The notes beneath the pieces are model-generated. The model made no database searches. It was not told the DNA's origin and saw nothing but the letters and a program-made list of their open reading frames with translations. Of a stretch of DNA of 64,000 nucleotides, positions 54,641 through 64,000 are shown piece by piece. Positions within the stretch are counted from its first letter, which is position 1, and each line of letters opens with the position of its first letter. The DNA is from Eledone cirrhosa (Eukaryota), in the NCBI GenBank assembly GCA_964016885.1, contig OZ024741.1, positions 117,986,001 to 118,050,000 of the forward strand, given 5' to 3'. The translations under genes and the position numbers were made by a program.

Positions 54641-55553
54641 GGCAATACTTATGACACTTTATTTTTTTCAAGGTCACCAAGACTAAAGGGAGGAGGGTTA
54701 TCCTCATTCTGGAGACTTGACTCTGCTAAAAGTACCCAGGGGCCAGCTGTTGGTGTTAAACTGAGCAACAAATTAAATCAACCACCCAAATGAGCCATGG
54801 TAGGATTTGAACTAAGAATACAAATAACTGGAAGAAACCACCACCAATGTCTTCACCCATCACCACCACCACTGGTGTGTCCGTCTATCACTATCACCTC
54901 CAGCATCACCACCACCGGTTTCTCCACCCACCACTACCACCACCAGCATCTCCCTCCATCACCACTCATTACCACCACTACCACCAACACCTTCACTACC
55001 ACTAACACCACCACCAAGACAGCTGATAAGAAGAAATATGACAATCTAAATATAATTAGAATCAGCATCATCACCATCATTACCACCAAAGCCACTAGTA
55101 AGCACCATTATCGCCACCATTACCACACATTCATCACCACATCACTGCACCACCACACCATACCACCACCAGCACAATCTCCACCACACTATCACCATCA
55201 CCACCACCAGCACAACCACTATCACACCACCACCACCACCACCACCACCACCACACCACCACCACCACACCATCACCACACCACCACCAACACTACCACT
55301 ATCACACCACCACCAAAACTACCACTACCACACCATCACCAAGTCAGCTGATATGATCATCTAAAAATACATTATCTCAAAATATCCCAAACCCCACCTC
55401 TCTGGACAGGTACTTTATTTATCAACCATCAATTGCTGAAACGCAAAGCTGAACTCTGTAGAATTTGAACAGGAGGTCAGGAACTGGAATAAATACTGCA
55501 AGATATTTTGTCTCATTTTCCTCTCTAATGTGTCTTCCCTGTTATAAAATTAT

Positions 55554-56083
55554 CACCATATATACTCGAATATAAATTGACACCCTATTTTATAGCTGAG
55601 AAATGGCAAAAATCCAAATCTCATTTATAAGCCGAGGCAGGTAATCAACACATTATGTTTAGATGGTGTGGTTTTGGAGTTCTCATGAGTGGAGAATATA
55701 TTTATGAAGTTTTAATATTTTGATATTTAATATGTTTTAAGTGTCGTTTAGAGTATAGTTTGTTTCACAACTTCGTTATGTAATTATTTTTTTACCAATA
55801 TCCAACTATTTTGAAGGCCATATTTATTCAAAACATAAAAAAACAATAGAAAATACGAATTTCACATCGAAAGTGAAACTGGTGTAATATTCACCTCCAA
55901 AGTGAAACCAGTATAATATTCACCCCTAAAGTGAAAATATTTTAGCACCTTATTTACATAGAATTTTGAAGTTGGTGAAAATTGGCAAAATATTAACCTT
56001 GTATATAAGCCACCTTTTCATTTTGCCATCAATTTTTTTTTCTTGTCACATATTTCTTGACTTATATACAAGTATATACAGTA
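55554..56083. mobile_element. pogo/Tc2-like non-autonomous DNA transposon
   Basis: Imperfect TIRs CCATATATACTCGAATATAA / TTATATACAAGTATATACAG-TA; solo end also at ~60008-60033. Confidence 0.6.
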
Positions 56084-56781
56084 GTTTTAATCAGCTCTGA
56101 ATTAACCATTAAGCAAAATAGACATATTTAGAGCCTCAAAATAATTAAAAGGTATGTGTGTTATTCTTTTGTAAGGCCATCTGGTGGATTTTTTAAACAA
56201 GGGGCCTCCAAGCTTTATACAGCTTTAGGCTTCCCCATGTTTTAAACTAGCATTGGGTGTGATTTTAGGGAGATTTGGCTACTATTTCTAACTGACCTAG
56301 CAACTGCATAAAGGCTCCTTCATTTGCTTGTAACGAATAGTATGTGTTCTTTCTTGCAAATAAACTAGCAGTAATACCTATTGAGGCAAGCAAAGTTAAT
56401 GTACTCTGTCTAGAGAAAGAATGCATTATGGGGTCGATAAAATAAAGTACCAGTAATGCACTGGGTATTTGCTGGCCTTGTGCCTAAAGTAGAAACAATT
56501 ATCTATGGTATAGTTTGAACTCATGACTATGTGGTTAGTAGCTCATCAACAGGGCTGGATAAAGTCTTTTTCAGGTCCTAAGTATTTAAAAGATTATGGT
56601 GTTCCCCTCCCCATATATAAGGTGTGCAAAGAAAACATTTTTTTTCAAATGACAAATACATTTAATTTGAATAATATGGTGCCCTTAACATGTTCTTATG
56701 ATACCCTAAGTATGTCCTTATGGTTTTCCTCTTACCTTGATGCCCTAAACACGTCCTTATAGTTTTCCTCATACCTTGATA

Positions 56782-57344
56782 CCCTAAACATGTGATTATG
56801 GTGACCTTCTTCCATTACTGCCCTAAACATGTGATTATGGTGACCTTCTTCCATTACTGCCCTAAACATGTGATTATGGTGACCTTCTTCCATTACTGCC
56901 CTAAACATGTGATTATGGTGACCTTCTTCCATTACTGCCCTAAACATGTGATTATGGTGACCTTCTTCCATTACTGCCCTAAACATGTGATTATGGTGAC
57001 CTTCTTCCATTACTGCCCTAAACATGTGATTATGGTGACCTTCTTCCATTACTGCCCTAAACATGTGATTATGGTGACCTTCTTCCATTACTGCCCTAAA
57101 CATGTGATTATGGTGACCTTCTTCCATTACTGCCCTAAACATGTGATTATGGTGACCTTCTTCCATTACTGCCCTAAACATGTGATTATGGTGACCTTCT
57201 TCCATTACTGCCCTAAACATGTGATTATGGTGACCTTCTTCCATTACTGCCCTAAACATGTGATTATGGTGACCTTCTTCCATTACTGCCCTAAACATGT
57301 GATTATGGTGACCTTCTTCCATTACTGCCCTAAACATGTGATTA
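56782..57344. repeat. 39-bp minisatellite, about 14.4 identical copies
   Basis: Unit CCCTAAACATGTGATTATGGTGACCTTCTTCCATTACTG; preceded by diverged ~41-bp units from ~56700. Confidence 0.95.
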
Positions 57345-58241
57345 TTTTAATTGAGTCATGCTCATCACTTTAATCCCAGTCATTGGATATGAATAAAACA
57401 TGCAGACTTCAGTCTAGATTACCAGCTAATTGGTTGTTGTTTAACCCCAGGTCACCCTTGATCCAACAGACCTATGATCATAGCCATTCCGTCTTCTTAA
57501 GGGCATCAACAATAACATTCTTAATGTGTCCTTTTTTATATTTTAAAGCAGTGGGGTGTGATTTGAGGTAGACTTCATTGCTATTCCTAGCTGATTATCA
57601 TCATATATAATTCTACCTGTGGACATCCTGTTTTTTTAAGGGCATCTAGGACTACATATTCTGATGCATTCTTTCCTTCTGTTAAGAGGGTAGAATATGA
57701 TTTGAGGGTGACTTCACTGCTATTTTAAAAAGGTTGAATGACCACATAAAAAGCTCTTAATATTTATTGCTGGTCATTATAAATCTTGGCATAACTATAA
57801 AGTATAAACTCTTAAGATCAACTTTAATGTCAAGTGTTATTTTGTAGGATTTTAAAATAGTGGAAGGTACATGGGCTAGTGGTTATTGTAAGGCTTAGGT
57901 TCAATTCCAAGGAGTGGGTGGCCCACCTTCTCCTTGAGCAAGGCACTTCATTTCACATTTCTCCAGTCAACTCATTTGAAAATAAGTACCAGCTTAGTGC
58001 CCATGAAACTGAGATGAGCTCTAAGTGACTCAGAATGTACAGAGCTGGAACAGATACTGCAAGGTGTGTCATCCAATGCTCTAACAATTCAACCAATCCA
58101 CCATACCTGGGCTGGTATTTTTTATCAACCTTGAAAGAATGAAAAGCAAAGTTGACCTTGATGGGAGTTGATCTCAGAGCAAAGAGACAGAACAAATATC
58201 TCAAGGCATTTAACCATTCAATGCACCATCATCACCATCAT

Positions 58242-58274
<33 letters not shown>

Positions 58275-58795
58275 TATTATAATCATCATCACCATTATCA
58301 TCATCATCATTGTATGTCTGCTTTCCATGCTAGCATGGGTTGGATAGGTTGTTCTGATCTGTCAGTTCTCTTTTGGAGTTACTCTCCTCGTAGAAGGTTC
58401 AGAGGATGACATCTCACTTGTATTTATCTTAAAACAGTCACAAAAAGTTGGATAATGTGGTATTGGATGTATTATATCTGAATATCTATGCTTTACAACC
58501 CTCTATCAGTCTCCTGAAGACATTTACTAACTAAAAGAGGGAAAAAGCCAATCATCAAATAAGACTAAGGAAACAATGTTTACATTGGCCTGTCATCATT
58601 GATCTGCCAATCAAAACTCCTGGCAGAAGGAGCTACACAAAATAAAGTATTTCACTCAAGAACACAATGCACCACCCAGTCTAAGAATTGAACCCATCAA
58701 CATCATCATCATCACCATCACCAACATCATCGTCACCAACATGATCATCACTGACATCATTGCCATCATCACCATCCTCCTCCTCCTCCTCCTCC

Positions 58796-58858
<63 letters not shown>

Positions 58859-59461
58859 CCACCACCAACATTGGTGAAATCACATTGTTGTGAATCCAAC
58901 ATCCTAACCACTGGGCTACATGTCTTCACTCACTAAGCCAAACTAACCATCCAGAAAAATATTGATAAAGGACAACAGACAACATATGTATATTATACTA
59001 CCATCCATCTTATATTGAATAAGTACAGCATAATGATAGCAGCAATGATTGCCACTGAGAAGAGGAGAGATGAGAGAGAGAGATGTTAACTGGCTCAATA
59101 TTGATAAGAAGATAATATTTCAAGCTGTTAGTAATGACATATGATGACTTAATGACTGGCATTGCTGCCATTTCTGGCTTTCTTCCTATTCAAAACTACA
59201 TCTAAGACACATCGGTTTTTTTTTTATATCCTATACTTACAATAAATTTAGTGACAGGCCTTCTTCCTCTAATTATGACACAAGATATTAGAATGCTCTT
59301 CCGGTTATTCCCTGACTGCTTGGCTCAATTTAATGTGTTTAAATGAAGGATGTATTAGTCAGCAACATTTTGCCACAAGATCACCTCCACCACCACCACC
59401 ACTCTCTGGACCATTTGTTATTGACATACTCTAACACATGCTATTTATTATTGACACTCAT

Positions 59462-59528
<67 letters not shown>

Positions 59529-59687
59529 CCCCCCCTCTCTCTCTCACACACACCATCTGTCATAACTTTTACAATCCATAACTCTTTCAGGGTATATATG
59601 TAGCTGCCATCACTGTCTCTCTTCCATTACGTTCTACCATTACTATCATTTTACCATTAGTCCTTGCCATCACTGTCTCTCTTCCAT

Positions 59688-59872
59688 GGTGAATTGGCAG
59701 TATCGGTAGAGGGTTGGACGCCATGCTTTCTAGCATAGTTACGTCCCTTTACAGTCTGAGTTCAAATCCCGCCGAGGTTAACTTTGCCTTTCTTCCTTAC
59801 GGGGTCGATAAAATAAAGTACCAGTAATGTACTGGGTAATTGCTGGCCTTGTGCCTAAAGTAGAAACAATTA
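59688..59872 (+). mobile_element. tRNA-derived SINE with Meta/MESC-like central domain (representative); other copies ~2297-2490, 6260-6380, 7812-7995, 8920-9225 (-), 14040-14190, 22044-22240, 26917-27100 (-), 38455-38660, 44268-44535, 44820-44925, 45097-45245, 46590-46780, 56430-56500
   Basis: TGGCAGTATCGGTAGAG A box, GAGTTCAAATCCC B box, TTTGCCTTTCATCCTTACGGGGTCGATAAAATAAAGTACCAG core, AGAAACAATTATT tail. The family name is from recall. Confidence 0.85.
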
Positions 59873-61301
59873 CTCTCAGTCATTATTCTCTCATTTCTTT
59901 CATCCTCTCATCCTGGTTCATTACTCTCTTTCTCTCTCCTATTTATCTTCTCTTTCATATTGTCTTGATTTAAATAGTGTAGTGAGAGTCTTTTTTATCA
60001 CATATTTCTCAGCTTATATACAAGTATATACAGTTTGATCAATGGAGTTCCAGCTATAACGATCATATCATTTTGTTTCTTTTTTTTTTTGTTAATTTTT
60101 CACACATAATATATTTGAGAATACATTATTAAATGCACCCCTGTTTTTCTTTTTTGTTTGTATATTTTTATAAATGTGATTTGAGGAGATTTGGCTACCA
60201 TTTTTAGCATCTTGGATGTAGAAATTCACCTGTTGGTTAATCTAGGGTTTAAAATTTACATACTATAATCAATCTCTTTATTACTCTTCGAATTTTTAAC
60301 TTCTTCATCTCTTGAACAATTTCAGCTCTAATCCTGACAGGATTGTGGAGACAGAGTCCTCAAACACTCCTTCTGATCCAGCTGGATCCCCAAGCATGAC
60401 CAGCCAAGCTCATGGATGTTATCCAACCATCTTGCTCAGGGTCCACCCCTGAGTCTCTTGCCGGTTGGGTTTTGCCTGTAAAATCTGTCCAGCGATTCTT
60501 TCCTGAGACATTCTAACCACATGGCCATAGTATCAGAGCTGTTATCTCTCAATTCGGAGAAGTAGCAACTCTACCTGGAAGGAATCTTTGATCTCCAAGC
60601 TACACACTTTATCAAGTAACATTACTCCAAAGACCCTTCAGAGGAATCCCATTTCGACCACTTGTATTCGCAATCGTATTTTTTCGGTTATTACTCAAGA
60701 TTCATGACCATAGGTAAGGTTTGGCACAAATACCGAATTGAAGACAGCGAGTTTGGCTTTTATGCCTACCTCCCTGATTCAATTTCAATAATTTCAGTTC
60801 TGATCAATTCAATTCTAATAATTTCAACTCTGATTGATTCGGTTCCAATAATTTCAGCTCTAATAATTTTAGTTCCAATAATATCAGTTCCAATAATTCA
60901 AGTTTGATCAAACCAATTCTAATAATTGCAGTTCCAATATTTCCAGGTCTGTGTCTAGTTTATATATCATTTTCATAGAAATATATCCTCAATATTTTGT
61001 TTGAAAATATCCAATAAGTCATTTTATTACAGGTCTACTTTCATCTTTCACTATCTCTGTTTGCTACTATTTCTCCCTCTATGTATCTCTATAGTTCACT
61101 ATTTCTCACTCCCACTCTTTTATTAGATATTTATATATTTCTCTCTTTCCCACTCCCACTCTTTCATTTTCTATATATTTTCCTCCGTTTTTATCTCTTT
61201 ATATCTCTCTATATATTTTTATCATTTTCCTCTCTACATTTGTATCTATCTATCTAACTTTCCCTTTCTCACTATCCTCTCTCTCTTTAAATATATATAT
61301 A

Positions 61302-63448
61302 TCATCATCACCGTTTTACGTCTGTTCTTCCACGCTAGCATGGGTTAGACGGGTTGTCCTGTTGTGGGCAGTGTCCAGTTGGCTGACCTTGTCTTGCTCA
61401 TACGGGAACTGATTCTGGCTTGATTTCTACAGCTGGATGCCCTTCCTAACACCAACCTCATTTACAGTGAGTGCTGTGTTCTTTTTTTCCATGGCGCCTA
61501 CACGTCCACTATACAGTGTGGGCTGGGTGCTTTTTTGGTGTGGCACCTCCATGACCACTTTGCAGTGGGAGGGTTATTGTCTATATGCTTCAGCTTCGGC
61601 TTGTACCCGTGGGGGGTCGGGTCTTCTGTATTACTGCATGACGCTAGAGGTCATGGTCATGTGTCATCGCCTTTGAGAGGCGTAATTGGGTAAAGTCGGC
61701 TTTTATCACCTCATCCCAGGTCTTCTTGGGTCTCCCCACTCCGCGGTTTCCATCAACTTGTAGTGCTCTGCACCTTTTTATGCAGCTGTCATCCTTCATA
61801 CATATCACATGTCCATACCAACGCAACCGCCTCTCCTGCACACAGCATTTGATTCCTCTTATGCTCAGTCTCTCTGTCAATTCTTTTATGCTTTGCCGTT
61901 TGCGTATATTACTATTACACATCCATTGGAGCATGCAGGCTTTGTTTCTTTCTAATCTACGCAAGTCTTCCACAGACAGCGCCCAGGTCTCACTACCATG
62001 TAACTTTGCTGTTCATATACACGCATCATACAGTCTGCCTTTCATTTTGAGGGAAAAGCCTTTTGCAACTAGCAGTGGCAGTAGCTCCCTGAACTTCTTC
62101 CATCCCGTTCTTACCCTAGTTAATGTACATTCTGAACACCCACCTCCGCTGCTAATTTGGTCACCTAGGTAGCAGAAGCTGTCTACTTATTTCTACAGAG
62201 CCCTCCCAGAGTTTGGTGGTACTTGTTTCCTGTGGCTGTTTGCTGCTTGCTGTCCCAGCACAGCTGCTACATGTGAAGCCTAATTCTTAGTTAAGCTTCC
62301 TGAGATCCCGCTACATCTCTTGTATACCCATTGTTTGCATTTGGGGCAGAGAATGGAGTTCCTACCTACACCTTTCCTACATACTGAGGAGATCTGGGTT
62401 CTGTTTTCTCATCTACTTACAAGGACCTTAGTCTTTGTCAGGTTGACTTTGAGACCCTTTCTTTCTAGTCCCTGCTCTGCTTCCAAGTTTGGAATTTCTT
62501 CTCTAGTTCTACCATAGATTCAGCTATAAGTGTGAGGTCATCTGTATAGAGGAGTTCCCATGGGCATCCGGTCTTAAACTCCTCCGTTATTGCCTGCAGG
62601 ACTATGATGAACAGGACAGGGCTAAGAACAGAGCCCTGGTGGACACCGACCTGTATGCTAAATTCCTCGCTATACTCATTGCTAATCCTAACTTTGCTGA
62701 CTTCTCCCATATACATGGCTTGTACAGCTTTCACAAGCCATTCATCTACTCCTAGTTTTCTAAGAGCCCACCAGATTATAGCATGGGGAACTCTGTCAAA
62801 GGCTTTCTCGAGATCGACGAATGCCAGGTAGAGTGGCTTACTTTTAGCTAGGTACTTTTCCTGTAATTGCCTCACAAGGAAGAGGGCATCAGTGGTGCCT
62901 TTTCCTGGCACAAACCCAAATTGTATCTCATTTAGTTTCACCCAGTCCCTAATCAACTGTGATATGAACTCTTTCTGTTACTTTCATGACCTGGTCCATC
63001 AGCTTTATACCTCTATAGTTTCCTCTATCTAGTGCATCTCCTTTACCCTTGTAGCAGTTGACAATGATGCTACTGCACCAATCTTTTGGTATGACACCTA
63101 GTATTATCTGGTTAACAATACGTGTGGTTATGGTGTGACCTACCGACCCAGATGCCTTCAGCATCTTGGCAGCTATACCCGATGGACCGGTTGCCTTCCC
63201 TGTCTCCATATCTTTGATTGCCTTACTTACTACGCTGTGGCTGACTTGTACTGCTGGCCCCTCTATAAGGTCCACTTGGGGTAGGATCTCTTCCCATGCA
63301 TTCTCCTCATTTAGTAATCTATCATAATGGCTCTTCCACGCATCTTTCTTCTCAGCACTTGTGAGGGCAAGCTCACCTTTATCATTCCGGATACACTTCT
63401 CTCCAATGACATCACAATTCTCTCTGACACACTGGCTCGCGATCTTGA
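61302..63448 (-). mobile_element. RTE-clade LINE, 5'-truncated, RT region with stops, 3' UTR and (GAT)n tail
   Basis: KATGPSG, YKGKGDALDRGNYRGIKL, QFGFVPGKGTTDA, FVDLEKAFDRVP, GVHQGSVLSP, LLYTDDL, RRLRWYGHV, GRPKKTW. Confidence 0.93.
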
Positions 63449-63552
<104 letters not shown>

Positions 63553-63688
63553 AGAGAGAGAGAGTGAGAGAGACATATAATACACTAACCTATCTATCAA
63601 TCTTTGTCTCACAAATATTTTAGTCTGTTATATTATCTTATATATTAGATTATACTACATTATATATGTTTCCCATCTATTTTTGTAG

Positions 63689-63772
63689 TTCTAAAGCAAC
63701 ATGGATTTGGAAAGCATAAATATTTCCATTTGCTGGTAGCGGAATGTAGCCCTGACGATGATTCGGAACTAG
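63689..63772 (+). CDS. SAT1/SAT2: Internal coding exon (equivalent of exon 3) of the same SAT-family acetyltransferase
   Basis: ttttgtAG|TTCTAAAG...GAACTAG|GTgagac; 84 nt encoding (V)LKQHGFGKHKYFHLLVAECSPDDDSEL. Matches the SAT motif L..DGFG..PFYHCLVAE. Phase 1 at both ends. Confidence 0.9.
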
Positions 63773-63821
63773 GTGAGACTTTTATATTTGTTTTATTCCT
63801 TCATTGAAAAACTTGTAGAGA

Positions 63822-64000
63822 TTTAGTAATACAACTAACTTCCTTTGACCAAGAATTTGGAATGGTTTAGTAATACAACTAACTTCCTTTGACCAAGAAT
63901 TTGGAATGGTTTAGTAATACAACTAACTTCCTTTGACCAAGAATTTGGAATGGTTTAGTAATACAACTAACTTCCTTTGACCAAGAATTTGGAATGGTTT
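63822..64000. repeat. 44-bp minisatellite, at least 4 copies, runs off the window
   Basis: Unit TTTAGTAATACAACTAACTTCCTTTGACCAAGAATTTGGAATGG. Confidence 0.95.

Noticed and set aside
56732-57373. His-rich repeat ORFs or a CRISPR-like array
   Set aside because: Perfect head-to-tail 39-bp units, no spacers, no cas genes, eukaryotic context.
59688-59775. tRNA genes
   Set aside because: A/B boxes belong to SINE heads; no intact cloverleaf, and each is followed by SINE body sequence.

Overview
AT-rich, microsatellite-saturated animal genomic DNA. The SINE, RTE and Penelope content suggests a mollusc, probably an octopus (inference). The only host coding sequence I can support is two small + strand exons of a spermidine/spermine (diamine) N-acetyltransferase SAT1/SAT2-family gene, 15943-15994 and 63689-63772, separated by a 47.7-kb intron. 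Everything else is intronic repeat: tRNA-derived SINEs, RTE LINE fragments, a decayed Ty3/Gypsy pol, Tc1/mariner-type MITEs, minisatellites, and one near-complete Penelope-like element (RT plus C-terminal GIY-YIG). Most long ORFs in the track are microsatellite artefacts. The most interesting layer is a set of small non-coding elements inserted in (TA)n or (CA)n tracts. It includes nine hammerhead-ribozyme motifs, some degenerate, with a repeated variant that has a CCGANGA core and a branched stem II. It also includes retrozyme-like units with terminal direct or nested inverted repeats, and a five-copy fold-back family that shares a GAGT(A/G)CTC sub-terminal motif with the Penelope element's 3' end. 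All RNA folds were done by eye and none has been tested for activity.
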